64,000 nucleotides of DNA from an uncultured Planctomycetaceae bacterium (GTDB lineage: Bacteria > Planctomycetota > Planctomycetia > Isosphaerales > Isosphaeraceae), in assembly GCA_963833985.1 (NCBI GenBank), contig CAWIAD010000002.1, positions 3,232,001 to 3,296,000 on the forward strand, given 5' to 3'. The position numbers and the translations under genes are program-made. The notes under the pieces are model-generated. The model did not search any database, was not told the origin of the DNA, and saw nothing but the letters and a program-made list of their open reading frames with translations. Below, piece by piece: positions 41,209 to 50,952 of this stretch (position 1 is the stretch's first letter; each line of letters opens with the position of its first letter).

Positions 41209-42689
41209 GGCCATCGAGAGACCAGGACGAGGCCATCCGCAACGATGTCGGGCGGCTTCATGGGCTCGGCTACATCCAGGAGCTCGCCCGCCGCCTGGGC
41301 GGGTTCTCGAACTTCGCCATCTCTCTCTCCGCGATCTGCATTCTGGCCGGCGGCGTGACCTCGTTTCATCTTGGCCTGTGCAGCGTGGGCGGAGCAGCCA
41401 TCGGCGTGGGGTGGCCGCTGGTGGCGCTCTTCTCGCTGGTGGTTGCGGCCACGATGGGCCAGCTTGCCTCGCGATTCCCCACCGCCGGCGGGCTCTACCA
41501 CTGGTCGTCCATCCTGGGTGGACGGGGCTGGGGCTGGGCCACGGCGTGGTTCAACCTCGCCGGGCTGGTGACGGTCCTGGCCGCCATCAACGTGGGCACG
41601 TACCGTTTTGCCCTGGGAGCGTTTGGCTCTTCGGAGGGGGCCGTCTCAATCTGGACTGCCTATGGCATGCAGGCGGCCGTGGTGGTGGCAATCACGGCAT
41701 CACAGGCGGCCGTCAATCACCTGGGAATCGGCGTCACGGCTCGACTCACGGACTTCAGCGGCTACCTCATCGTGCTGGCGGCCGGAACGCTCACGGTCTG
41801 CCTGCTGGCCTTCGCCCCGGCGCTGGACGCCTCGCGTCTTTTCACTTTCGGCAACTTTAGCGGCACGTCCGGCGGCGATGTCTGGCCGCGCAGCGAGCAG
41901 ATACTCCTGCTGTTTGTGCTGGGGGCCCTGCTGCCCGCGTACACGATCACGGGCTTCGACGCCTCGGCGCACGCGGCCGAGGAGACCGTCGGGGCCGCCC
42001 TCAGCGTGCCGCGCGGCATCGTGCGTTCGGTCCTTGTCTCGGGCATCACCGGCTGGATCATGCTCTCGGCCGTCGTCCTGGCCGCGCCCAGCGTGGGCGA
42101 GGCCGCCGGACGCGGTGAAGGCGCGTTCTTGTGGATCCTGAGAACCGTGCTGCCCGGGTCGCTGGCGACCGGGCTGATCATGGCGATCCTGGTGGCGCAG
42201 TACCTCTGCGGGCTGGCCACGCTCACCTCGGCGTCGCGCATGGCCTACGCCTTCGCACGCGACGGAGGGGTCCCGTTCTCCAGGGCCGTGCGCTGGGTCT
42301 GTCCGCGGCGAAGATCGCCGGCCGTGAGCGTCTGGAGCGTTGCGGGCCTGTCGGTGCTGTTCACGCTTTCCACCCCGGTCTACTCCACCATCACCGCGGT
42401 CTGCACGAACCTGCTCTATCTCTCGTATGTCCTTCCCGTCGCGCTGGGCGCTCGAGCGCACGGCCGAACCTGGACCGAGATGGGGCCCTGGCACCTGGGC
42501 GCCTGGTTCCGGCCGCTCGCCTGGATCAGTGTTGCCGGCTGCCTGGCGCTACTGGCCATCGGCATGCAGCCGCCCAATGAGCGAGCGATCTGGGTCATCG
42601 CCGGGACGAGCCTTGTACTCTGGCTCGTCTGGACCTGCCGGGAGCGGCATCGCTTTGCCGGTCCGCCCTGCCTGGCGACAGGCAGTTAA
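41205..42689 (+). CDS. Amino acid/amine permease (APC family)
   Basis: 'LGYIQELARRLGGFSNFAIS', 'FPTAGGLYHW', 'GFDASAHAAEET', 'SRMAYAFARDG'. Confidence 0.9.
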   Translation: MRPSRDQDEAIRNDVGRLHGLGYIQELARRLGGFSNFAISLSAICILAGGVTSFHLGLCSVGGAAIGVGWPLVALFSLVVAATMGQLASRFPTAGGLYHWSSILGGRGWGWATAWFNLAGLVTVLAAINVGTYRFALGAFGSSEGAVSIWTAYGMQAAVVVAITASQAAVNHLGIGVTARLTDFSGYLIVLAAGTLTVCLLAFAPALDASRLFTFGNFSGTSGGDVWPRSEQILLLFVLGALLPAYTITGFDASAHAAEETVGAALSVPRGIVRSVLVSGITGWIMLSAVVLAAPSVGEAAGRGEGAFLWILRTVLPGSLATGLIMAILVAQYLCGLATLTSASRMAYAFARDGGVPFSRAVRWVCPRRRSPAVSVWSVAGLSVLFTLSTPVYSTITAVCTNLLYLSYVLPVALGARAHGRTWTEMGPWHLGAWFRPLAWISVAGCLALLAIGMQPPNERAIWVIAGTSLVLWLVWTCRERHRFAGPPCLATGS

Positions 42690-42707
42690 CCTCAAGAGGC
42701 ACCCCCG

Positions 42708-43538
42708 TTGAGCGGCACCGACCCGATTCCCAAGCACGACCAGGACCGATCTCCGGTGCACCCGGCGGCCGGCTTGCAGCGTCTCCGCGGGGCGACGCCC
42801 GCGCGCATCCTGGCGGGCCGCGCCGGTGCCTCGTACCGCACCGAGACCTACCTGCAATTGCGTGCAGACCACGCCTTCGCGCGCGACGCGGTGCTCGGCG
42901 AGCTCGATCTCGCGCGTGATCTCGGCCAGGAGTTCGTGGACCGCTGGGGCATCTTCGAGGTCGGGACGCAAGCCCTTTTCCGAAAGGAGTTCCTGCTCCG
43001 GCCCGACCTGGGACGAGCGTTCAGCGCGGCGGCACGCGCCGAGGTCGCGCAGCGCTGCCCGATCGGGGTGGACGTGCAGACGGTCATCGGCGACGGGCTG
43101 TCGGCGGCGGCGGTGGCCGCGCAGGTGCCCACGTTCTTGCCCTTGCTGCGGGACGAATGCACACGACTCGGCTGGAGTTGGGGCCAGTTGTTTTTCGTCC
43201 GGCACTGCCGCGTCGGCGTGATCAACGATGTGGGCGACCTGCTCGACCCGGCAGTTGTGATCCTGCTCATCGGCGAGCGGCCCGGCCTGGCCACCGCGCA
43301 GAGCCTCTCCGCCTACATGGCCTACCGGCCGCGCCACGGCCATGACGATTCGCTGCGCAATCTCATCTCCAACATCCACGCCCACGGCGTACGCCCTCCG
43401 CAGGCGGCCCGGAGAATCGCCAGCCTGGCAGGGCAGATGATCCGGTTGCGAACCAGCGGCGTGACCATCAAGGAGGCGGCCATCGCCGGCCCGGCTCCTG
43501 GCCTGGACTCCGAGGCCGCGAAGGCCATCGAGGAATGA
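42708..43538 (+). CDS. eutC: Ethanolamine ammonia-lyase small subunit
   Basis: 'TPARI..GRAG', 'DHAFARDAV', 'LLRPDLGR', 'DGLS', 'LIGERPGL..A.SLSAY', 'RNLISNIH'. Confidence 0.95.
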   Translation: MSGTDPIPKHDQDRSPVHPAAGLQRLRGATPARILAGRAGASYRTETYLQLRADHAFARDAVLGELDLARDLGQEFVDRWGIFEVGTQALFRKEFLLRPDLGRAFSAAARAEVAQRCPIGVDVQTVIGDGLSAAAVAAQVPTFLPLLRDECTRLGWSWGQLFFVRHCRVGVINDVGDLLDPAVVILLIGERPGLATAQSLSAYMAYRPRHGHDDSLRNLISNIHAHGVRPPQAARRIASLAGQMIRLRTSGVTIKEAAIAGPAPGLDSEAAKAIEE

Positions 43539-43560
43539 CAGCTCCCGCCGGATGGTGCCG

Positions 43561-44712
43561 TCAGGCGAGGAGCCGCTCACGCCAGGAAGCCTCGGCCTGG
43601 CCGAGGAGACGCTCGCACGCCTCGATATCATGCCCTGCCGCGAACACGGTGAGAATCGGCTCGCCGGCGGCGATCTCCGTTCCGGGCTGCGGCACGTCCG
43701 CAAAAGCTGGGATAGCGAATCGATCGCCATTCGGCGGACAACCCATGTCAATCTCAGGCGCCACGAAATGGCACCGGGCATAAACGATGGCTTTCCCCAC
43801 GACGCGAGGCCTGAAGCACCCGGACGCATAGCTTGCAGGCCGTGCCGGAGAATCGGCGCGCCCGCTCCCGCAGGTACGCAGGTGCTGGCCCAGGCGCGCC
43901 CGGCCGGTGGCCAGCTCGAGAACCTCCACCGACGCGGTGTATCGGGGATTCAGCTCCACCGGCCAGGGCTGACCGCACTGATCAACAATGTAGTCCACTC
44001 CGAACAGTCCGCGCAGTCCAAAACCCATCTGGATCGCATCGCCAATCCGTTCCAGGACCGATCGCAGCTCAGCGTGCACGGTACACGGTCCAATGCTTCC
44101 CCGGTAGAGAAACGGCGCGCCGGGGATGCCGGTCAACTGCCGGGTAACGCCCACCAGCTCGGCGCCACCGCCAGCGTGCGCGACGAAGAGCGCGGAGTGG
44201 CTTGCACCTTCCATGAACTGCTGAAGGTAGCAGGGTTCAGGGCAGGGGAGCGCGGCCGGCTCGAGCCGCTGGATCCCTCGCCCGCCCGCCGAGGCGACCG
44301 GCTTGATGAGCCACGTTCCGCTGTGTGGTGCTCTTTCCGCGCTGCTCCGGACATCGAGAGCGGGAAGCTCGTGGGATCGCAGGACCGCGACGAGCCGAAC
44401 GGGATCGCGGGCCGAGCGCAGTGTGCAGGCCGCGTTTCCCTGGAGGCGATGGATCGTGGAGATGTGCTCGACGCGATCGGCATGATTCTCGAGCGGGCCG
44501 GTGTAGAGCCAGGGCCCTGGCGCCAGTGCCAGTGCCGCGCGCTCCAGACCGGCGATGCCCTCGCGGGCGTCCACTCGCTGCACGGCACAGGCGGCCGCCA
44601 GGTCGCGGTCGGCGAACCAGTCCACGCACCGCGGCGTGAGACCGGCCCGCAGCGCGGAGAACGCGGCGGCGCGTGTGCTGCCGCCGACGATCAGTATCGT
44701 CTGTACTGGCAT
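43561..44712 (-). CDS. ATP-grasp protein of the type found in bacterial H4MPT/methylofuran C1 clusters
   Basis: 'GGSTRAAAFSA.RAG', 'DWFADRD', 'WLIKPVASAGGRGI', 'GLFGVD', 'ELNPRYTASVE'; next to fae/mtd. Confidence 0.8.
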   Translation of the reverse strand: MPVQTILIVGGSTRAAAFSALRAGLTPRCVDWFADRDLAAACAVQRVDAREGIAGLERAALALAPGPWLYTGPLENHADRVEHISTIHRLQGNAACTLRSARDPVRLVAVLRSHELPALDVRSSAERAPHSGTWLIKPVASAGGRGIQRLEPAALPCPEPCYLQQFMEGASHSALFVAHAGGGAELVGVTRQLTGIPGAPFLYRGSIGPCTVHAELRSVLERIGDAIQMGFGLRGLFGVDYIVDQCGQPWPVELNPRYTASVEVLELATGRARLGQHLRTCGSGRADSPARPASYASGCFRPRVVGKAIVYARCHFVAPEIDMGCPPNGDRFAIPAFADVPQPGTEIAAGEPILTVFAAGHDIEACERLLGQAEASWRERLLA

Positions 44713-44804
44713 CGGTTCATGAAAACCCCGTCCTGGCGGAGGACGGGGCGGGGTGGAATCGTAAACCGGCCACGGCAATGTGTTGCCGTCGGAACGAGTC
44801 TCGA

Positions 44805-45155
44805 TCAGTCGATCTTCTTCAGCTTCTCGGTGAGCGTGAGCACGTTCTTGCCGTCCTTCTCCTCGCATGTGCCGGTGGCTTCGACCTTGATCGGCTCGTC
44901 CTTCGACGCGCCGCAGAAGCCCATGCTCTTGTGCGCCTCGTCGGACAGCTTACCGGCGAGGTAGTACTTGGTTTCCTTGCCGTCCTTCTTGACGACAACC
45001 ACGTTCCGGCACTTCTTGGCATCGGCTTCCTTCAGGCCGCACTTGGCGCACAGGCCTTCGCCCTTGATGGTGATGGTCTTGCCGTCGTCGGCCCGCAACA
45101 GTCCCAGGCCTGAGAACAGCACGCCGGCGGCCAGCAGAGTCAGAATCTTGCGCAT
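44805..45155 (-). CDS. Small secreted Cys-containing protein (DUF6370-like)
   Basis: Signal peptide; 'ITIKGEGLCAKCGLKE...C.NVVVV...YYL...H...C'. Confidence 0.65.
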   Translation of the reverse strand: MRKILTLLAAGVLFSGLGLLRADDGKTITIKGEGLCAKCGLKEADAKKCRNVVVVKKDGKETKYYLAGKLSDEAHKSMGFCGASKDEPIKVEATGTCEEKDGKNVLTLTEKLKKID

Positions 45156-45442
45156 CACTCGATCTCCCAGGTACAAAAAAACGGAAGCGTTCGAGAACGG
45201 GGAGGTCGGGAGGCGAGCAGCTTGAAGACTTCACCTCCGTTCCGGAGCCATTGAACCACCTGGGTTGATCCGCGACAACCGGATTCCCGCGAAACTCAAA
45301 CGGATTTCCGCTCGCTGCCAGGGGTTGCTGCGCATCGGTGGGCCGTCTATCATGCGGGATCGAGCGGCTTGGGAGCGGGCGGCACCGATGCGCAGCACGT
45401 CACCCGGCCGCAGGACACCATCACGACGGAGACTCCTGGAAG

Positions 45443-45949
45443 ATGGCTACCGACATCGTCATGAATATCGGCGAGGCCCTGGCCGGCGAAGGCAACGAGA
45501 TCGCTCACATCGACCTCCTGATCGGCAAGAAGGACGGTCCGGTCGGGGTCGCCTTCGCCAGTGCGCTGGCCAATCAGTCGGCCGGGCACAACAACCTGCT
45601 GGCCGTGCTCACTCCCAACCTGATCGCCAAGCCGGCCACGGTCATGGTCACGAAGGTGACCATCAAGGGGATGAAGCAGGCGGTGCAGATGTTCGGCCCC
45701 GCGCAAGCGGCCGTGGCGAAGGCGGTTGCCGATTGCGTGGCGGACGGAACAATCCCCGCAAGTGCCGCCGAGGACCTGGTGATCATCTGCGGCGTCTTCA
45801 TCCATCCCGCGGCCGAAGACAACGCCAAGATCCTCAAGTACAACCACGAGGCCACCAAGCTGGCCATCCAGCGTGCCATGAAGAACCAGCCGGCCATCGA
45901 CGAGATCACGGCGCAGAAAGACAAGGTCGAGCACCCCTTCGCCAAGTGA
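45443..45949 (+). CDS. fae: Formaldehyde-activating enzyme
   Basis: 'GEALAGEGNEIAHIDLLIG', 'KVTIKGMKQAVQMFGPAQAAVAKAV', 'VFIHP', 'YNHEATKLAI', 'HPF'. Confidence 0.95.
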   Translation: MATDIVMNIGEALAGEGNEIAHIDLLIGKKDGPVGVAFASALANQSAGHNNLLAVLTPNLIAKPATVMVTKVTIKGMKQAVQMFGPAQAAVAKAVADCVADGTIPASAAEDLVIICGVFIHPAAEDNAKILKYNHEATKLAIQRAMKNQPAIDEITAQKDKVEHPFAK

Positions 45950-46061
45950 GGTAAGAGTGCGAGCAATCGTCCGCGGAGCGCCGGGACCAGCGTGCCCCGG
46001 CGCTCCCGGACCTTGCGTTTGAGCCAGCCTGTCCACTTTTGCCGCCGAGCTGCACAGAGCC

Positions 46062-46937
46062 ATGTCCAGCACCAAGCCGACGATCCTGGTTCAACTCGAC
46101 ACGGACGCGCAACCCAGCGTGTTCGACGGGGTCGTTGCCGTGGATGCCGGCGTGCAGCACCTGTTCCGGCACGGCGGCGTCACGCCCGAGAACGTGCGCG
46201 ACCTCGTGTACGGCACCATCTTCACGCGCGGACCCGCCAGTCTGAGGGACACCGCAATCTTCCTGGGCGGATCGAATGTGGCTGCCGGCGAAGCCGTCCT
46301 GGAGGCGGTCAAGAAGACCTTCTTCGGCGCGTTCCGGGTCTCTGTACTGTTTGACGGCAACGGTGCGAACACGACCGCGGCCGCGGCCGTGCTGTCGGCC
46401 CTGCAAGCCTGCGGCGGGTCGCTCAGCGGCTGCCGCGTGGCCGTTCCCGCGGCCACCGGGCCGGTCGGCCAGCGCGTCGCTCGCCTGCTCGGCCGCCAGG
46501 GCGCCACGGTGGCCGTCGGCTCACGTGACCGCGCCCGCGCCGCGGCGCTTGCCGAGCGGATGCATACGATCACCGGGGCCCGCTTCGTCCCGTTCGATAT
46601 GACCAGCGCGCACGACCTGGCCGAGCAGCTCGAGGCGGCTTCCGTGGTCATCAGCACCGGCCCGCTGGGCGTGACCCTGGTGCCGGCCTCGCTCTGGCAG
46701 GGACGGCAGAACCTCAAGGCCGTGATCGACCTCAACGCGGTGCCTCCTCTGGGCATCGAGGGCATCGAGGCGTCCGACAAGAATCAGGATCGCTCGGGCG
46801 TGCGCGCCTGGGGAGCCCTCGGCGTCGGCGGGACCAAGATGAAGATCCACAAGAAGGCCGTCCAGCAGCTCTTCGCCGCCAGCGACCAGGTCCTCGACGC
46901 CGAAGAAGTCCTGGCGCTCGGCATGGAGCTGGCCTGA
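46062..46937 (+). CDS. mtd: NAD(P)-dependent methylene-H4MPT/H4F dehydrogenase (Mtd family; planctomycete members are termed MtdC)
   Basis: 'QLDTDAQPSVFDGVVAVDAG', 'IFTRGP', 'NGANTTAAAAV', 'TGPVGQR', 'DLNAVPPLGIEGI', 'GALGVGGTKMKIH'. Confidence 0.9.
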   Translation: MSSTKPTILVQLDTDAQPSVFDGVVAVDAGVQHLFRHGGVTPENVRDLVYGTIFTRGPASLRDTAIFLGGSNVAAGEAVLEAVKKTFFGAFRVSVLFDGNGANTTAAAAVLSALQACGGSLSGCRVAVPAATGPVGQRVARLLGRQGATVAVGSRDRARAAALAERMHTITGARFVPFDMTSAHDLAEQLEAASVVISTGPLGVTLVPASLWQGRQNLKAVIDLNAVPPLGIEGIEASDKNQDRSGVRAWGALGVGGTKMKIHKKAVQQLFAASDQVLDAEEVLALGMELA

Positions 46938-46969
46938 ACCGCGGCCGGGCTCGAGCACGAGGAACCACG

Positions 46970-47971
46970 TTGCTGCGGGTTGTGGGAACCGATCCTGGAA
47001 CCTCGAGTCTGGACCTGCTCCTGCTCGAGGAAGGCCGAGTCGCCAGCCAGCACCGGTTCCGCCCCGGGGAGCTCCAGCAGGATCCCCACGCACTCGCCGC
47101 GCTCCTGGAAACCTGGGCGCCCATCACGCTGATCGCGGGCCCTTCGGGCTACGGCCTGCCGCTGGTGAGCGGAGACGCGCTCACCGAGGACCATCTCGAC
47201 CAGATGTCACTCGTCCGGCCCGATCAGCGCGGGCAGCAGACGGGCGTCTCCGGCTTCCGCGGCTGGGTGCGGACCCTGTTGAAAACGGGCCTGCCGGTCA
47301 CGTTCCTGCCCGGCGGGTTCCACCTGCCCACGATCCCGCCCCATCGCAAGGTGAACCGGGTGGACATGGGCACCGCGGACAAGGTGGCGATCGCCGCGCT
47401 GGCGCTCTGGTTTGAAGCCCGCGACCGCGGCAGCTTCGCGGATGCAACCTGCGCCGTCGTCGAGATCGGCTCGGCGTTCTCGGCAATACTCGTCGTGCAA
47501 GGTGGCAAGATGGTTGATGCCTGGGCCGGAACCAACGGGCCGATCGGCCTGCGATCCGGCGGCGCCTGGGACGGCGAGATGGCTTACTGGAGAGGCCCGC
47601 TGTCGAAGCAAGACCTGTTTCGCGGTGGGCTGGAAGACCTGGGTGCGCTCGGGCCGGACGCGTTTCGAGAATCGCTGGCCAGGCACCTGGGCGGCTTGAA
47701 AGCGATCACGCCGTTCGACAAGGTCTACCTGTCGGGTGCCGGGCTGGATCGGCCAGACGTGCTCCGGCTGGTCGAGCAGGCTGTCTCCACGATCGCTCCC
47801 TTCGTGCTGCTGCCTTCCTTGCCCGGTGCCTGGGTCAAGCATGCGGCGCAGGGATCGGCCATACTCGCCAATGCCTTGATGGGTGGCCAGTTCGTCGGCC
47901 TGGCCCGATCGCTGGAGCTGCACGCGGCGCAGGGATCGATCTGGGACGCCGTCAACCGCCGCGCGACCTGA
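46970..47971 (+). CDS. DUF1464-family (ASKHA-like) protein
   Basis: 'VVGTDPGTSSLD', 'GPSGYGLP', 'HRKVNRVDMGTADK', 'WDGE', 'KHAAQGSAILA'. Confidence 0.85.
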   Translation: MLRVVGTDPGTSSLDLLLLEEGRVASQHRFRPGELQQDPHALAALLETWAPITLIAGPSGYGLPLVSGDALTEDHLDQMSLVRPDQRGQQTGVSGFRGWVRTLLKTGLPVTFLPGGFHLPTIPPHRKVNRVDMGTADKVAIAALALWFEARDRGSFADATCAVVEIGSAFSAILVVQGGKMVDAWAGTNGPIGLRSGGAWDGEMAYWRGPLSKQDLFRGGLEDLGALGPDAFRESLARHLGGLKAITPFDKVYLSGAGLDRPDVLRLVEQAVSTIAPFVLLPSLPGAWVKHAAQGSAILANALMGGQFVGLARSLELHAAQGSIWDAVNRRAT

Positions 47972-48028
47972 TCTGCTTCCAGACTGCGTGCAGGCGGCGG
48001 GCAGGCACCGCACGCAGTCCTCTGCTGG

Positions 48029-49078
48029 TCAGAATCCCAGCCCCCTGGTGTTCAGCTTGATCCGGCCAATGAACATATCGGCCGTGATGTACAGCACTGA
48101 GCCGTCCTCGCCCCAGTTGCAGTTGGCCGTCGCCTGGCCCGTGGCGAGCGTTCCCAGGTGAGTGCCGTCGGGCGCGTAGATGAGCACTCCGCCAGGGCCG
48201 GTGGCAAACAGGTTGCCGGCCTGGTCCACCTTCATGCCGTCGGGAAGGCCGGGCCGGGTGCCGACCGAATGCGTTACGTCGGCGAAAACGCGGCCGTCGG
48301 CCAGGGTGCCGTCGGCTTTCACGGGGAAGGCCATCCAGATGGCTTTCCTGGGATCCGAGTTCGCCACGTAGAGGGTCTTCTCGTCGGGAGCGAAGGCGAT
48401 ACCGTTGGGGAACGTCATGGCCCGCGTGAGCAGCGTGACCTCGCCGTTGACGGCCGACAGCCGGTAGACACCATTGACGTCGAGCTGCTTGCCGGGGTCG
48501 CTATTCAGGCCGATGAGTCCGTAGGGCGGGTCGGTGAAGTAGAGGTCGCCATTGGACTTGAACACCCCGTCGTTGGGGCTGTTGAACTGCTTTCCCTTGT
48601 ACTTGTCGGCCAGCGTGGTGAAGATCCCGCTGGTCTCCAGCCGGGCCACCCGGCGGTCGCCGTGCTGGCAGAGGACGAGCCGACCCTGTGCATCCATGAG
48701 CAAACCGTTGGACCCCATCTCTCCTCGCCGGGTGATCTTGCCGGTGTAGCCGCTCGGCCTCAAAAAGACGCTCACGCCCTTGCCCGCCTGCCACTTGAAG
48801 ACCGTGTTCATGGGCACGTCGGAGAACAGCAAGTACCCGCCGCGCCGGTCCCAGACCGGGCCTTCCGCCCAGTCGAAGCCCTCGGCGATGCGCTCGACCA
48901 CCGCGTCCTTCGGAACGATCTGGTCGAGCCGCGCATCGAGCCGCTCGATGGTTCCCAGCGGCACCGCCGCCGTCTGCTGGGCATGGACGCCCCTGCTGCC
49001 AATGAAGGTCAGAACCATCCAGCCAAGAACGGCCAGCGCCTGTCCAGAGCGTGACGATCGATCTTTTTCGGTTCGCAT
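48029..49078 (-). CDS. SMP-30/gluconolactonase family protein
   Basis: 'WAEGPVW', 'LLFSDVP', 'GSNGL', 'FNSPND', 'YFTDPPYG', 'PNGIAF', 'PDGMKVD'. Confidence 0.92.
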   Translation of the reverse strand: MRTEKDRSSRSGQALAVLGWMVLTFIGSRGVHAQQTAAVPLGTIERLDARLDQIVPKDAVVERIAEGFDWAEGPVWDRRGGYLLFSDVPMNTVFKWQAGKGVSVFLRPSGYTGKITRRGEMGSNGLLMDAQGRLVLCQHGDRRVARLETSGIFTTLADKYKGKQFNSPNDGVFKSNGDLYFTDPPYGLIGLNSDPGKQLDVNGVYRLSAVNGEVTLLTRAMTFPNGIAFAPDEKTLYVANSDPRKAIWMAFPVKADGTLADGRVFADVTHSVGTRPGLPDGMKVDQAGNLFATGPGGVLIYAPDGTHLGTLATGQATANCNWGEDGSVLYITADMFIGRIKLNTRGLGF

Positions 49079-49299
49079 CACGGGCCGCCTTTGTTTGAGA
49101 GAGGAGTTGCAACGGAGGCGGAGGGCCATGCTCCCGCCTAGATGTTCTGAGGTTATCTCTCCGAGCCGCGGCAAGCAACGGAGTGGCTGCGAATCGGGTG
49201 CAACGCCGGAACACGCTTGCGGGGGCCGCCTGGAATCGATCCAATGCTTTCGGCGCTGCGGCGAAGCACTCCAGAAGATGTCGTTGCGGATCTCGAAGG

Positions 49300-50100
49300 A
49301 TGATGCCCGTGGACGTGATCTTGAACTCTCGGTTTGCTCCGGAGGTGCTGAGGGTACTGATCACCGGCGCGCTGTTCGCGGCGGGAATGGTCCTCGGCTG
49401 GCTGCTTGGCCTGTGGCGCTGGCGGAGACTGCGCAGGCAGGCGGAACGCGGCGAGGCGCGCGAAGTTCTGACCATCGAGAAGGTCGTGCTCGAAAGACGA
49501 CCCGACGGGCCGGAGATCCTCCGTATCCGGTCGTGCGGGCGCGACCCGATCGAGACGGTCTTCCCCAACCACGCCGCGCGCGACGCCTTCCTGGATCGCG
49601 CCCGGCGCACCAGGCCGGTGCAGCCACTGGTCTCGATGGAGGACAAGCTTGGCTCGTACCTGCTTCAGGAACTGGCGATCTGGGTGTGCGGCCAGGTGGG
49701 CGACCGCGATTTCGCCCACGACCTCTGGGTCATGGCGCCGGTGTTCGAGAGCGGCGAGCTGTACCTGGGCGGCCACCACTCGTCGACGGTTTTGCTCGTC
49801 CGCAAGGACGATCTGACGTTCTTCGCCGACTGGGCGCGGTGCCGCGGCGTGCACGTGGAGCACCGTTCGCACGGCGAGCGGATCGTCACCCTGTTCCGGA
49901 TGGCCGCGGAATTCGACCGCCAGGATGCCCTGGTGCGCCAGCGCAGGGCCAAAGGCAAGGGGTCCAGCTACGAGGAGACGATGTATCTCCTGGACCTCTC
50001 CCTCGATACGCGCGCCATGGACCTGCCCGCCGTGCCCGTTCCCTGGGAGCGCTTCGAGGACATCGTGCCGAACGGAAAACGCCATGAAGTGAAACGCTGA
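49300..50100 (+). CDS. Hypothetical protein with an N-terminal TM helix
   Basis: Long ORF with high-GC codon usage and a hydrophobic segment 'VLITGALFAAGMVLGWLLGLW' followed by Arg residues. Confidence 0.65.
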   Translation: MMPVDVILNSRFAPEVLRVLITGALFAAGMVLGWLLGLWRWRRLRRQAERGEAREVLTIEKVVLERRPDGPEILRIRSCGRDPIETVFPNHAARDAFLDRARRTRPVQPLVSMEDKLGSYLLQELAIWVCGQVGDRDFAHDLWVMAPVFESGELYLGGHHSSTVLLVRKDDLTFFADWARCRGVHVEHRSHGERIVTLFRMAAEFDRQDALVRQRRAKGKGSSYEETMYLLDLSLDTRAMDLPAVPVPWERFEDIVPNGKRHEVKR

Positions 50101-50189
50101 TGCGCCACGGCTGTGTGGCTTCACGGCAGAAAAGAGATCCGAGATGAGCAGTCCGAGGGGTCTCGTTCGGTCCGGTGCGTTTCAGAGTG

Positions 50190-50330
50190 TCAGAGGGGCA
50201 GGACAAGCGCGGGGCTGCGAGCCGCTGGATCACTCATTTCAATCCAGTGGATGGCCGGCCAACCGGCCAGCGTAAGTACGTTCGTCCAGTCCACGGACAA
50301 GTTCATATCCACGACGAGTTGAACCCTCAT
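50190..50330 (-). pseudogene. Internally deleted DUF5615/PIN-like (VapC45-type) toxin remnant
   Basis: Manual translation gives MRVQLVVDMNLSVDWTNVLTLAGWPAIHWIEMSDPAARSPALVLPL* (46 aa); its ATG overlaps the DUF433 stop codon. Confidence 0.7.
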
Positions 50331-50557
50331 TGACCCACCAGTTCCTCTTCTCGTTCCTCCAGTCTCCAGGCCGCGTAGGCTAGAGCCTCGTCCAGATCGG
50401 CCGGTTCCAGAGAGGGGTAGGCCTCGAGAATCCGCTCACGCGACTCGCAGGACGCCATCAGCCCGACGACGGTTCCGACTGTCACACGCAGCCCACGTAT
50501 GCATGGTGTTCCGCCCATCACCAGAGGGTCACGAGTGATTCGACTGAATTTGACCAA
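50327..50557 (-). CDS. DUF433-domain protein (antitoxin-like)
   Basis: 'RITRDPLVMGGTPCIRGLRVTVGTVV...ILEAYPSLEPADLDEALAYAA'. Confidence 0.9.
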   Translation of the reverse strand: MVKFSRITRDPLVMGGTPCIRGLRVTVGTVVGLMASCESRERILEAYPSLEPADLDEALAYAAWRLEEREEELVGQ

Positions 50558-50725
50558 GCCTGTTCCACCCTTTCTCTCTTTTTTTATTGCCGGACCATCA
50601 TGTCTGAATCGCGTTAACCCCGGTCGAACCGTTCCAGGCTTCCTGCCATCATCCCGGTCCACGAGGAAGGCCGTCCATATCGCGATCCCAGAGAGGATGC
50701 GATGACGGAGGCCGCGGGGGCGGGT

Positions 50726-50785
50726 CGGGCATCCTGGACTCGGGCCTTCTGGACTCGGGCCTTCTGGGCTCGGGCCCTGTGGGCT
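50726..50785. repeat. 15-bp tandem repeat, four copies
   Basis: CGGGCATCCTGGACT / CGGGCCTTCTGGACT / CGGGCCTTCTGGGCT / CGGGCCCTGTGGGCT. Confidence 0.75.
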
Positions 50786-50952
50786 CGCGGCTCTGGCCGA
50801 ATGTATTGGAATCTCGACTCTGGAAGATCTGGCTGATCGCAAAGAGGATGAGCCACCAGGGCACCTGAAAGAACCATGAGGACGAATGATCGTGCATCGC
50901 CTTGATTCCATCGCGGAAGCAAAATCGTCAGGAAAGACATGGCACCGTGAAT

